A DNA stretch of 64,000 nt, taken from positions 4,976 to 68,975 of the forward strand of contig CAMSWH010000002.1 in the NCBI GenBank assembly GCA_947064765.1. Direction: 5' to 3'. Of this stretch, positions 27,235 to 37,644 are shown in pieces. The position numbers were made by a program, and so were the translations under genes. Origin of the DNA: an uncultured Clostridium sp. Lineage in GTDB: Bacteria; Bacillota; Clostridia; TANB77; CAG-508. Numbering within the stretch: the stretch's first letter is position 1; every line of letters starts with the position of its first letter. Below the pieces are notes generated by a model. The model did not search any database. It had not been told where the DNA came from and saw only the letters and a list, made by a program, of their open reading frames with translations.

Positions 27235-29271
27235 TTATTTCATTTTTATAATTATTTTTAATATTTCTGAAACACTCCAAGCCTGAGAAAAAGTTCCACC
27301 TGATTTAAATGGAGCTTCAGCACTATACACTTCTGATATAGTTCCGATTCCCTCTGGACTTAATACTTCTGTTTTGAATGTATTGAATACACTTTTAATA
27401 AATTTTTCATATTCTATTTTTAATTTTTCTTTTTCTAATCTATCTTTTTCATCATCTATAATATTTTTAAATGCATCTGAATATAATCCCATTAACCATA
27501 CCCACACTATACCTTGATGATAGCTTTTATCTCTTGTTACTGGATCTCCTTCATAATATGGAATATATCCTTCTTCTCCTTTTGCAAGAGTACGTAATCC
27601 ATATTTCGTTAAAAGTTTCGATTTTACTGTTTTAAATATTGTTTTTCCTATTTCTGAAGATGGTTTTATTACTGGATATGTAGTTGATATACTAAATAAC
27701 TGATTTGGCCTTATTTTATCATCACCAACAACATCTTCTAATGATTTTTTCTTTTTATTATAAAATTTTTCTTCAAATTCTTTTTTATGATTAATTGCTA
27801 ATTTTTTATAATTTTCTGATTCTTCTTTTTCTCCAAATCTATTTGATAAATTTTCTAATGTTCTTAAAGCATTGTACCAAAGTGCATTTAATTCAACTAC
27901 TTTTCCATTTCTAGGTGTTACTGCAAAATCTCCTATTTTCACATCCATCCAAGTATTTTGAGTAGTTTCAGTTCCTGATGATAATAATCCATCTTCTGCA
28001 ATAAATATATTATTATTATCTAAATCAATTCCTTTTGTATAATTATCGATTATATCTTTTAATTTTTCATATATATTTTCTTTTATAAAATCATAATCTT
28101 TTGTATATTGAAGATATTTATTAACTTGTTCAAATAATAAAAGTGATGCATCTGCACTATTATATAATGGTCTATTGTCAAAGCCTGAATATCCATTTGG
28201 AACTAGTCCATATTTTATATCTCTAGTAAAAGTTAATAAAATTTCTCTTGCTAAATCAAATCTTTTTGTTATTAATAATAAACCTTCATATGCAATTAAT
28301 GTATCTCTTCCCCAATCTAAAAACCATGGAAAACCTGCAATTATTGAATGGGTTCCAAAATTAGGTCTATTTATAACAAAGCTATCAGCTGCTGTAACTA
28401 AATCTGTTACTAATTCATTATATTCTTTTTCTGCTTTTGTTAATTTAGCTTTTTTTATTAAAAGATCTGTTTCATCTATTATTTTTTGGATTCTATCTTT
28501 TTCCTCTTTAAATACTTTATTACTATCAACTTGCTCTGTATTATCTTCTAGTGATGCTACAAAAGTAATTTCTTTTGTTTCTCCAGAATTTATTTTTATT
28601 TCATATCTACCTGATACTAATAAATCTTCTTCAGGTGGAAATCCTCTTTCTTCTTCTTTTAAATAATACATATTTTTAAATGTATCATTTTCATATGCTA
28701 TATATTCTCCATCATTTACAAAAATATATATTGGTGTACTAGCTTTTCCATCTATTTCTAATCTAACTTTATTTTTATCAATTTTTTGTTTTAAAGTAAA
28801 ATTATAGTTTGGTGTCATTTTATGAAAATCTCTAAAATGAACAATAGGTGCTAATGTTAATTTTGCTTCATTTTTTCCATTTTTTATTTTATATTGCACT
28901 ACTACAGTATTTCTACCTTGTACCATTGATATTGTTTTTACTATTTTTATATCCTTTACTTTATATGTAAAAACTGGTAAATATTCTTTCTCAAAGCTTT
29001 CAAGATTTTTATAACCATCTGAAATATAATCTTTACATATATTTGTAAATAATTTATATTCCTCTCCATTTACTGTTATATTTTCGTCTACTTTAGATAT
29101 AAGCAAATGCCTCTGTGCTGGAGGAATTAATGGAGCTATAAGTAATCCATGATATCTTCTAGTATTTGCTCCTATAACTGTTGAACTACAAAATCCTCCA
29201 ATTCCATTTGTTAATATCCATTCTTTATTTAAACATTCTTTTAAATCTATTTTTGCTTTAGTTATTTTCAT
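27235..29271 (-). CDS. Glycogen debranching enzyme (GDE_N/GDE_C, amylo-alpha-1,6-glucosidase type)
   Basis: N-terminal GGFCSSTVIGANTRRYHGLL and central GFPWFLDWGRDT; 678 aa. Confidence 0.8.
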   Translation of the reverse strand: MKITKAKIDLKECLNKEWILTNGIGGFCSSTVIGANTRRYHGLLIAPLIPPAQRHLLISKVDENITVNGEEYKLFTNICKDYISDGYKNLESFEKEYLPVFTYKVKDIKIVKTISMVQGRNTVVVQYKIKNGKNEAKLTLAPIVHFRDFHKMTPNYNFTLKQKIDKNKVRLEIDGKASTPIYIFVNDGEYIAYENDTFKNMYYLKEEERGFPPEEDLLVSGRYEIKINSGETKEITFVASLEDNTEQVDSNKVFKEEKDRIQKIIDETDLLIKKAKLTKAEKEYNELVTDLVTAADSFVINRPNFGTHSIIAGFPWFLDWGRDTLIAYEGLLLITKRFDLAREILLTFTRDIKYGLVPNGYSGFDNRPLYNSADASLLLFEQVNKYLQYTKDYDFIKENIYEKLKDIIDNYTKGIDLDNNNIFIAEDGLLSSGTETTQNTWMDVKIGDFAVTPRNGKVVELNALWYNALRTLENLSNRFGEKEESENYKKLAINHKKEFEEKFYNKKKKSLEDVVGDDKIRPNQLFSISTTYPVIKPSSEIGKTIFKTVKSKLLTKYGLRTLAKGEEGYIPYYEGDPVTRDKSYHQGIVWVWLMGLYSDAFKNIIDDEKDRLEKEKLKIEYEKFIKSVFNTFKTEVLSPEGIGTISEVYSAEAPFKSGGTFSQAWSVSEILKIIIKMK

Positions 29272-29285
29272 TTGTATTCTTCCTT

Positions 29286-30881
29286 TTATTTATTTTTTCT
29301 TCTTCTAACTGGTTCTCTTCCATTATCATCTATTTTATAATCTGCCAAATTTCTGTAATTTTCTATTTCTTGTGCAATTTTCTTATTTTGTTCTATTTTT
29401 TTATCAGTATTTTGAATTGATGCAACTCTTTCTTTATATTTTTCTTTAAATTTACTTTTTCCTTTTGTCTCTTTTACTGGTTTTATTTCTTTTCCAGATT
29501 TCTCTAACTTTTTACGTTTCTTTTCTTCCTTTTGTCTTATTTTCTTTTGTTCTTTTAATACAGATTGTAATAATAAATACTGAGTATTATTCTGCATATC
29601 ATGGAATTTTAAATCATTACAAATCATTTCCATTATTATAGATGCTATTAAATCTGTATTGTGTCGAATTTTTTCATCCTTAATACATGACATATTCTTT
29701 TGTATTAATTTTATATTATATGCACTTATATTCTTAGTATCAAGTTCAACTACTTCTGAACCTTCTTTATTATATTTTCTTATATATTCAGGTATAATTT
29801 CCCCTGTATCTGCTAAGCAATAATCAAATAAACCTTCTCCAACATGTTCTTGTATGGCTTTAATATGCTCTGATAAAGAATAGTTATCTGTTTGTCCTGG
29901 CTGTGTCATTATATTTGATATATAAAATCTCATTGCTTTGCTATCTTTTATTGCCCTTGATACATTTTTAACAAGTAAGTTTGGTAATACATTTGTATAT
30001 AAACTTCCTGGTCCAATTATTATTATATCAGCATCTTCTATTGCTTCAATCACTCCTGGTGCTGGTCTACAGTTTGATGGTGAAATATATATTCTGTTTA
30101 TTGTTTCTACTTTTTCTGAAACAACTTCAGGTATTCTTTCCTTTTGTTTTATAGTTGTTCCATCTCCAAGCTCAGCACATATTGTAATCTCATCAAGTGT
30201 TACTGGCATAACTCTTCCTGTTATATTCAAAACTTCTGTACTCTTTAAAATTGACTCTGAAATGTTACTATATATTTCATTCATTGCTGTTAAATATATA
30301 TCACCAAAATTTAAACCTCTTAATCTTTCATTTTTAAAGTTTAAATTCATAAGATTTCTCATTATATCTTCTTTATCAGACATAGCAATTATACTATCTT
30401 TTATATCTCTTAAAGGTAATGTATCTAAAGCTTTTCTTGACTCTGTAGGTATATCCCCGTAATCAGACATTGTTACTATTGCAGTAATATTATTTGTATA
30501 TTTTTTAAATCCTTCGATTACATTATTTAATCCAGGACCTCCTCCTATTACTACAACTTTTGGTCCTTCTTCATAAACTTTCTTATTAAATATTAATGAC
30601 TTTATATTTAATTGGGCCTTTTTTCCTTTATCTGTTGATGTATTATTCGCTTCTATTATTATTTCTAAACTTCTTTTTTGTATAAATACTACACTTATTA
30701 CTATTGCAAGAAATCCTAAAACAAATATTACTATTGTTTTACCAAGCTCAAAAAATGTTATTTCTTGTGATACTAATATTTTTGCAATTCCATAACAAGT
30801 AAGTATTATACCTACAACTATTAAAAGAATCCATCTTTTAACCTTTGTACTTGCTTTAAACCATTCAAAAAAAGATTTCAT
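29286..30881 (-). CDS. yvcK: YvcK/CofD-family gluconeogenesis-factor homologue with two N-terminal TM segments and a K-rich C-terminal extension
   Basis: VVVIGGGPGL and IIGPGSLYTNVLPNLL. At 531 aa it is about 200 aa longer than the core domain. Its start overlaps the murB stop by 1 nt. Confidence 0.75.
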   Translation of the reverse strand: MKSFFEWFKASTKVKRWILLIVVGIILTCYGIAKILVSQEITFFELGKTIVIFVLGFLAIVISVVFIQKRSLEIIIEANNTSTDKGKKAQLNIKSLIFNKKVYEEGPKVVVIGGGPGLNNVIEGFKKYTNNITAIVTMSDYGDIPTESRKALDTLPLRDIKDSIIAMSDKEDIMRNLMNLNFKNERLRGLNFGDIYLTAMNEIYSNISESILKSTEVLNITGRVMPVTLDEITICAELGDGTTIKQKERIPEVVSEKVETINRIYISPSNCRPAPGVIEAIEDADIIIIGPGSLYTNVLPNLLVKNVSRAIKDSKAMRFYISNIMTQPGQTDNYSLSEHIKAIQEHVGEGLFDYCLADTGEIIPEYIRKYNKEGSEVVELDTKNISAYNIKLIQKNMSCIKDEKIRHNTDLIASIIMEMICNDLKFHDMQNNTQYLLLQSVLKEQKKIRQKEEKKRKKLEKSGKEIKPVKETKGKSKFKEKYKERVASIQNTDKKIEQNKKIAQEIENYRNLADYKIDDNGREPVRRRKNK

Positions 30882-31798
30882 TATTTTTCATCTCCTAATA
30901 CTAATATTTCTAATTCTACATCTATGCCAAACTTAGCTTTAATTTCTTTTTTTATGTATTCTACTAAACTTAAAACATCATTTGCTGTTGCATTTCCTTT
31001 ATTTACAATAAAACCCGCATGTTTAGTTGAAACTTCTGCATCTCCAATGCTATATCCTTTTAAACCACATTCGTCTATTAATTTAGCTGTTACTACCCCT
31101 TCTTTTCTTTTAAAAGTACTTCCAGCATTTGGATATTCTAAAGGCTGTTTTTCTTTTCTTGAACTTGAATATTCTTTCATCAAATTTTCAATTTCAGATT
31201 TTTCACCTTTTTTGGCTCTTAAACATGTATCTATTACAATAGCTTGCATTTTTGATAATATACTGTCTCTATATTTAAAATCATGTTCTTTTAAATCTAG
31301 TGTTTTAATTTTTCCATCATATGTCATAACTCTTGTTTTTACAACTATATCTTGCATTTCTTTTCCATACGCACCTGCATTCATTCTTATTGCTCCGCCA
31401 ACTGTTCCAGGTATTCCTGATAAGAATTCTAATCCTGCAATTTCTTCTTTTAATGCTATACCAGATAAAGCTCCAAGACTCATTCCTGATTCTACTGTTA
31501 TTAAAATTTCATTTGTACTTCTTTTTATTTTAAATTCATTTAATTCTAATTTAATTACAAAACCTCTAATTCCACCATCTCTTACTAATAAATTAGTTCC
31601 ATTTCCTATTATTGTAATTGGTATGTTTAAATTATTTGCTAATTCTAAAACATCTTTTAATTCTTGGACTGTTGTTACTTTTATAAAATAATCTGCGATT
31701 CCCCCAATTTTAAAAGATGTATGTTTTGACATAGGTTCGTTTTTTAAGATGTTTTTCCTATTTATTACATCTTGTAATTTTTTTTCAATATCTTCCAT
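30881..31798 (-). CDS. murB: UDP-N-acetylenolpyruvoylglucosamine reductase
   Basis: Motifs IIGNGTNLLV and YPNAGSTFKR; 305 aa. Confidence 0.92.
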   Translation of the reverse strand: MEDIEKKLQDVINRKNILKNEPMSKHTSFKIGGIADYFIKVTTVQELKDVLELANNLNIPITIIGNGTNLLVRDGGIRGFVIKLELNEFKIKRSTNEILITVESGMSLGALSGIALKEEIAGLEFLSGIPGTVGGAIRMNAGAYGKEMQDIVVKTRVMTYDGKIKTLDLKEHDFKYRDSILSKMQAIVIDTCLRAKKGEKSEIENLMKEYSSSRKEKQPLEYPNAGSTFKRKEGVVTAKLIDECGLKGYSIGDAEVSTKHAGFIVNKGNATANDVLSLVEYIKKEIKAKFGIDVELEILVLGDEK

Positions 31799-31973
31799 TT
31801 ATGCCTTCCCTTCTTGATTGTTAATATTCTAAATGATAATATTTACTAATATAAAATATACATTACAACGCACATTGATATACTATCATTTTTTTAGTTT
31901 TTTTACAAGTAAAAAGAGGTAGAAATTTATAAAATCTTCTACCCCATTTTTTAATACTAATTTTCTATTTTAT

Positions 31974-33215
31974 CTACATATTTGTACTTGATGAAACTTC
32001 TTTTATATTAATATCTCTAACATGTTCGATTTTTTCCCATTCTGTATCTGGCTTAATCAAACATTTTATATTTATTAAAATCCATGATCCTAAAAATAAA
32101 GGATAACATAGTATTCCAAATAACATTGGTTTTATTTTTCTCTTATCTAATGCCATTATAACTACACCTGTTATTACAGGGAATATAAATGTTGTTACTA
32201 AGAATTTAGCATAATTCCATAGTAAATCAACTATAGTCATTTCTGATCCTAAGTAAAGTAATGTATTTACTCCAAGTAAAAGAAATGTTAATATCATCAT
32301 TGGAATACCAAACATATATAATAATCCATCAAAATTCATAAGTGTTTTATGTTCTTTTACACCTTTTGCTAAATCTTTAGTGTAATGTTTCATACATTGT
32401 AAGTGTCCAACTGTCCATCTTGAACGTTGAGACCAACTTTGATCAAATTTAACTGGTTGCTCATCATATACTATTGCATCTGTTGCCCAGCCTAATTTTC
32501 TTCCATTAGCAATATTTATTAAAGAAAATTCAATATCTTCTGTTAATGTTACTGTTTGCCATCCATTAGGTTTTATTATATCAAATTTAACCATAAATCC
32601 TGTTCCATTAATTAAAGGAGATAATCCTAAATTGTATCTAGCTAAATGATAAAATCTGTTCATCATCCAGTAGAATATAGCATATCCTGATGATATCCAT
32701 GAATCTGTAGGATTTTTTATATCTCTATATCCTTGAACTACTTCTTCACCTTGGCAAAGTTTTTTGTTCATATTTTTTATGAAATTCTTATCTACTATAT
32801 TATCTGCATCAAATACACAAAAAGCATCATAATCAGCATTTTCTTCTATTTTTTGTTTTAAAAACCAGTTTAACGCATATCCTTTTGTTTTGTGTGCTTC
32901 ATCAAATCTTTTTAAAACTTTTGCTCCTGCTTCTTTTGCAATTTCTGCTGTTCTATCTGTACAATTATCTGCAATTACATATATATCATATAATTCTTTT
33001 GGATAATCTTGATCTTTTAAACTTTCTACTAAATTTCTTATTACATTTTCCTCATTATGTGCTGGTATTATTGCCATAAATTTATGATCTTTTTCTATTA
33101 TTAACTTCTTATCTTTCAATTTTATTAATGAACAAAAACTAACTATTATTTGATAAATCCAATATATAGTTATTATCCATATTAAAGCTTGTTGTAGAAG
33201 ATATAAATACTTCAT
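31974..33215 (-). CDS. Membrane-embedded family-2 glycosyltransferase of the processive type
   Basis: Motifs IIPAHNEE, FDADN, TEDIEF and QRSRW (the Q-x-x-RW motif), with flanking TM segments. Confidence 0.8.
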   Translation of the reverse strand: MKYLYLLQQALIWIITIYWIYQIIVSFCSLIKLKDKKLIIEKDHKFMAIIPAHNEENVIRNLVESLKDQDYPKELYDIYVIADNCTDRTAEIAKEAGAKVLKRFDEAHKTKGYALNWFLKQKIEENADYDAFCVFDADNIVDKNFIKNMNKKLCQGEEVVQGYRDIKNPTDSWISSGYAIFYWMMNRFYHLARYNLGLSPLINGTGFMVKFDIIKPNGWQTVTLTEDIEFSLINIANGRKLGWATDAIVYDEQPVKFDQSWSQRSRWTVGHLQCMKHYTKDLAKGVKEHKTLMNFDGLLYMFGIPMMILTFLLLGVNTLLYLGSEMTIVDLLWNYAKFLVTTFIFPVITGVVIMALDKRKIKPMLFGILCYPLFLGSWILINIKCLIKPDTEWEKIEHVRDINIKEVSSSTNM

Positions 33216-33470
33216 TTTACGGCTCCTTTTCTTTATTTTGATAGCTTTTGCTATCGACAGTTTTTATTATACCATTATATGGAATTCTTTTCAAGTTTTT
33301 AAAACAAATTTAATAATTCTTAAGAAATATAAATCTGTTTTTAAAAAGCCTTTATTTCACTATTATTATGAGTTATTTTTTAATTTTTATTACTCCATTA
33401 TATTCAAAAAATTTAAAATTATTTACATTTTTTTCAATTTATTGATAAAAAATAATTTAATAATAAATAA

Positions 33471-33492
33471 ATATATATATATATATATATAT
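33471..33492. repeat. (AT)11 dinucleotide microsatellite followed by tta/ttta-rich low-complexity sequence
   Basis: Read directly from the sequence, within the 489-bp gap between pnp and the GT2 gene. Confidence 0.9.
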
Positions 33493-33653
33493 TTATATTT
33501 ATTTATTTATATTTATATTTATTAGCGAATATAAAAGATTTGCAAAGTTAAATATATAAAAATCATTCATGATTTTTACATATCTAAGCAGTAAATAATT
33601 TTTTTATAAAAATACAAATTCAAAATTATTAATAATTAATATTAAATTTTAAA

Positions 33654-33686
33654 AAGTATCCCAATTCTGTAAAAATTGGGATACTT
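33654..33686 (-). terminator. Terminator after pnp
   Basis: aagtatcccaatt-ctgtaaa-aattgggatactt, 13-bp arms. Confidence 0.6.
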
Positions 33687-33704
33687 ACTTTTATTTTAAA
33701 AATT

Positions 33705-35810
33705 TTATTCTTCATATAAATCTTTTCTAGTTAAGTTTACTCTTCCTTGATCATCTATTTCATAAACTTTTACAGTTACTTCGTCTCCAACTTTTAATAC
33801 ATCTTCAACTTTATTTACTCTTTCTTTTGAGATTTTTGAAATATGAAGTAATCCTTCTTTTCCTCCACCTAAATCAACAAAAGCTCCAAATGTAGCAATT
33901 CTTGTAACTTTTCCTGTATATATTCCTTCTAGCTCAATCTCTCTTGTAATTTCTTCAATTATACTTTGTGCTTTTCTTGCACCTTCTATATCGTCTGAAT
34001 AAATGAATACTGATCCATCTTCTTCAATATCAATTTTAACTCCTGTTTCATCAATAATTTTATTAATAACTTTTCCACCAGAACCAATAACATCTTTAAT
34101 TTTTTCTGGATTAATTTGCATATTAATAATTTTTGGAGCATATTTTGAAATTTCATTTCTTGGCTCAGCTATTTGTGGTGCCATTATTTCGTCTAATATA
34201 TATGCTCTAGCTTTTGCTGTTCTTTCAAAAGCTTCTGCTATAATTTCATAACTTAATCCATCAACTTTTATATCTACTTGTATTGCTGTAATTCCATCTT
34301 TTGTTCCACCTACTTTAAAGTCCATATCTCCAAAGAAATCTTCTATTCCTTGAATATCTGTTATTACAACATATTTACTTGGATCATTTTCATCTGTAAT
34401 TAATCCTGTTGATATACCAGCAACTGGTTTTTTAATTGGAACACCTGCATCCATTAATGCTAAAGTTGATGCACAAATACTTCCTTGTGATGTAGAACCA
34501 TTTGAGCTTAATATTTCTGATACTACTCTTATTGCATATGGAAATTCTTCTACTGAAGGTAACACTGGAACTAATGCTTTTTCAGCAAGAGCACCATGTC
34601 CTATTTCTCTTCTTCCTGGTCCTCTCGAAGATTTTGCTTCACCAACACTATATCCTGGGAAATTATATTGATGCATATATCTTTTTGATTCTTCAGTATC
34701 TAATCCATCTAATATTTGTTCTTCACTTTTCATTCCAAGTGTTACGATAGACATTACTTGTGTTCTACCTCTATTAAATAAAGCGCTTCCATGTACTCTA
34801 GGAATTAATCCAACTTCACATGATAAAGGTCTTATATCATAAATTCCTCTACCATCTACTCTTTTTCCTTCTTCTAATATAAGCTTTCTAACTGTTTTCT
34901 TTTCTAATTTATATAGAGCGTCTGCTATAGCTTTGCTATCTTCTTCTAATTTTTCTTCTCCATATTTTTCTTCATACCAAGCTTTTACATCTTCTGTAAG
35001 CTTGTCTATTTTTTCATCTCTTTCTGGCTTATCTGGTGTTTGAACATCTTGTTTCATTCTTTCAGAAAATTCACCTGCAATTATATCATATACTTCTTCA
35101 TTAACTGCAAATGATGTATATTCAAATTTTGGTTTTCCTATTTCATCTTTTATTTTTTGTATAAATTCACAAACTTTTTTAATTTCAACGTGTGCCATCT
35201 TTATTGCTTCTAGCATTGTACCATCTGGTATTTCATCTGCACCAGCTTCTATCATAGCTATTTTATCAGCTGTTCCCGCTACTGTTAAGGTTAATCTGCT
35301 ATTATTTCTTTCTTCTTCTGTTGGATTGATAACTACTTTATCATTAACATATCCAACTGCTACTGCTGCTGTTGGTCCTCCAAATGGTATATCTGATATT
35401 GATAATGCTGCTGATGTACCAATCATTGCACATACTTCTGGTGAACAATCTTGTTCTACTGATAATACTAAACAACTAACAACAACATCATTTCTAAAAT
35501 CTTTTGGGAATAAAGGTCTTATTGGTCTGTCTATTGCTCTAGCTGTTAAAATTGCTTTATCAGTTGGTTTTCCTTCTCTTTTTGTAAATCCTCCTGGGAT
35601 TTTTCCTACTGCATATAATCTTTCTTCATAATCTACTGAAAGTGGAAAAAAGTCTATTCCCTCTTTTGGTTCTTTTGATGCTGTAACATTTACAAGTACT
35701 GTTGTCTCTCCATATTTTACAAGCACACTACCATTTGCAAGACCTGCCATTTTTCCATTTTCAATTGTAAGTGTTCTTCCTGCTAATTCCATACTATAAG
35801 TTTTAAACAT
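33705..35810 (-). CDS. pnp: Polyribonucleotide nucleotidyltransferase (PNPase)
   Basis: Two RNase PH domains (GRREIGHGALAEKA), KH (GSGGKVINKI) and an S1 domain; 701 aa. Confidence 0.95.
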   Translation of the reverse strand: MFKTYSMELAGRTLTIENGKMAGLANGSVLVKYGETTVLVNVTASKEPKEGIDFFPLSVDYEERLYAVGKIPGGFTKREGKPTDKAILTARAIDRPIRPLFPKDFRNDVVVSCLVLSVEQDCSPEVCAMIGTSAALSISDIPFGGPTAAVAVGYVNDKVVINPTEEERNNSRLTLTVAGTADKIAMIEAGADEIPDGTMLEAIKMAHVEIKKVCEFIQKIKDEIGKPKFEYTSFAVNEEVYDIIAGEFSERMKQDVQTPDKPERDEKIDKLTEDVKAWYEEKYGEEKLEEDSKAIADALYKLEKKTVRKLILEEGKRVDGRGIYDIRPLSCEVGLIPRVHGSALFNRGRTQVMSIVTLGMKSEEQILDGLDTEESKRYMHQYNFPGYSVGEAKSSRGPGRREIGHGALAEKALVPVLPSVEEFPYAIRVVSEILSSNGSTSQGSICASTLALMDAGVPIKKPVAGISTGLITDENDPSKYVVITDIQGIEDFFGDMDFKVGGTKDGITAIQVDIKVDGLSYEIIAEAFERTAKARAYILDEIMAPQIAEPRNEISKYAPKIINMQINPEKIKDVIGSGGKVINKIIDETGVKIDIEEDGSVFIYSDDIEGARKAQSIIEEITREIELEGIYTGKVTRIATFGAFVDLGGGKEGLLHISKISKERVNKVEDVLKVGDEVTVKVYEIDDQGRVNLTRKDLYEE

Positions 35811-36107
35811 TTTACATTTCCTCCTATGCTTGCTTTACCTACAGTGCAATTCATTTTTTTGAATTTGCAACAGCAAAGCTTTGCTAATTTTAGGCAATTT
35901 ACTTGAAATGTAACCTCTATAATATATTATTTACTTTTTATAATACATTATGCAAGCTACCTTTTCAAATAAATAACCGTTTACATTGTACTATATTAAC
36001 ATAAAAAAATCAAGCAATTTTTAGTACTTGTAAAAATTATGTAAATTAAATTACAAAAGAAGCTGATATATATTATTACCAGCTTCTCTTATGTATTCTG
36101 TAAAATA

Positions 36108-36419
36108 TTAGTACCAACGTTTTATACCTTTTTCATCTTCATAATAAGTAATTTTATCTTCCAATAATTTGGTTTTAAATAACTTCTTTTTCAAAAATAA
36201 CATTTCTGTTCGTCCAACACCTTTACTAAATATGCTCAATCTTATTTCATATCCTATACAATAATATTCTTCTGTATATTCATCTGTTATTGCATACAAA
36301 TATAATATTGGTTTTTCATAATTTAAACATCTAACAATATTTATAGCAAATATTATTCCCCATACTAATAATAATATTAATATTATTATTAGTAGTATTT
36401 TTATTGTTTTTTTTAACAT
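36108..36419 (-). CDS. Small N-terminally anchored hypothetical protein (103 aa) inserted between rpsO and pnp
   Basis: The ORF has one TM segment and its own downstream hairpin (36059-36090). No family recognised. Confidence 0.5.
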   Translation of the reverse strand: MLKKTIKILLIIILILLLVWGIIFAINIVRCLNYEKPILYLYAITDEYTEEYYCIGYEIRLSIFSKGVGRTEMLFLKKKLFKTKLLEDKITYYEDEKGIKRWY

Positions 36420-36558
36420 TTATACTCCTATTTAATATTTATTAATATAATCTCTAATTAAATTTATAAGATAATCGTTTAATCTTATGTTACATATTTA
36501 TCTAACTTTTTAAACAAAAAGAAATCCATTAAAACTCTAATGAATTTCTTTTAATATA

Positions 36559-36822
36559 TTATTTTCTTAAATTTAATTTTTTAACTATTTCTCTATATCT
36601 GTTAATATCTTTTTTAGCTAAATAGTTTAATAAATTTCTTCTTTTTCCTATCATTTTTAATAATCCTCTTCTTGAGTGATTATCTTTTTGATGAACTTTT
36701 AAGTGTTCTGTTAATTCTGTAATTCTTTCTGTTAAAAGAGCGATTTGAACTTCTGGAGAACCAGTATCATTTTCCTCTCTTTTATGTGTGTTAATTACTT
36801 CTTGTTTTCTTTCCTTTGTCAT
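36559..36822 (-). CDS. rpsO: 30S ribosomal protein S15
   Basis: 87 aa with [14 protein letters not shown] and [14 protein letters not shown]. Confidence 0.95.
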   Translation of the reverse strand: MTKERKQEVINTHKREENDTGSPEVQIALLTERITELTEHLKVHQKDNHSRRGLLKMIGKRRNLLNYLAKKDINRYREIVKKLNLRK

Positions 36823-36958
36823 AACTTTTATTCCTCCTATTTATTTTTTATTTGCCAATATTCTGAGTATAAAGTAGGCTTTTCCTTTAAACTAAGAATA
36901 TGGTATTTTTTAGCATAATTATTTTACTACACTTTTTTTGAAAATGCAAGTCCTTTAC

Positions 36959-37603
36959 TTAATTTTCTTGAACTTTACTTGTATTTTCTTTTTTATTAAT
37001 ATATACAAGTAATTCTATTATTGCAACTACTGTCATCAAATTTATCATTATTGGTGATAATGGAATTCTAACTATCACAATAATACTTGCTAGTCCTGCT
37101 TCTGTTAAAACTATTATTCCAGTTATAGTTCCTAATAGACTTAAAACATTTTCTTTTCTAAATCTTATAATTAAATAAACTACTATTAAAACTACTGATA
37201 ATATAACTGGTTTAAAATATGGTTTTATTAAATCTCTAATTCTTATGTTAGAATTTGAATTAACAGTAAGTCCTTCTACTGTAAGTTCTGTTCCATATTT
37301 TTCATTTATTTTACTTACTAATCCTTCTTTTTCTTCATTTGTTATAGATTCAACATTTATATTTACAGAATCATCAAATAATTCTACATTTCTTAAAACT
37401 ACTTTTTTATTTTGAAAAACTTCATTACATATTGATTTTATGTCTTTTAAATCTACTTCTTTACCAATAAATATATTTACTGATTCATGTTGTTGTAAAA
37501 TTAAAGATACATTAAAACCTTTTAAAGCTACAACAATTATTCCTGCTACGATTAAAAGAATTAAACCTAATAATACTATTTTTTTATTTCCATCTAATTT
37601 CAT
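36959..37603 (-). CDS. SecF-like membrane protein, short and divergent
   Basis: TM1, a ~100-aa loop and three further TM segments, in the secD-secF syntenic position. It lacks the distal TM5-6 and the GYSxNDTxVxFDRxRE-type motif. Confidence 0.45.
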   Translation of the reverse strand: MKLDGNKKIVLLGLILLIVAGIIVVALKGFNVSLILQQHESVNIFIGKEVDLKDIKSICNEVFQNKKVVLRNVELFDDSVNINVESITNEEKEGLVSKINEKYGTELTVEGLTVNSNSNIRIRDLIKPYFKPVILSVVLIVVYLIIRFRKENVLSLLGTITGIIVLTEAGLASIIVIVRIPLSPIMINLMTVVAIIELLVYINKKENTSKVQEN

Positions 37604-37644
37604 TTATCTTTCCTACCTTTTATAATTTTTACATATTTTGATTT

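Noticed and set aside
30924-31691. 255-aa plus-strand ORF antisense to murB. Similar long antisense ORFs lie at 29938-30462, 28175-28666, 35326-35631, 51627-52016, 59856-60248 and 18311-18736.
   Set aside because: Each overlaps a minus-strand gene with clear family motifs. The antisense translations are F/S/L/I-rich and low in complexity, as expected from AT-rich codon bias. None has an RBS.
33238-33525. Listed 95-aa plus-strand ORF in the pnp/GT2 gap
   Set aside because: The translation is dominated by I/Y/F/K from AT repeats, including the (AT)11 tract. There is no RBS.
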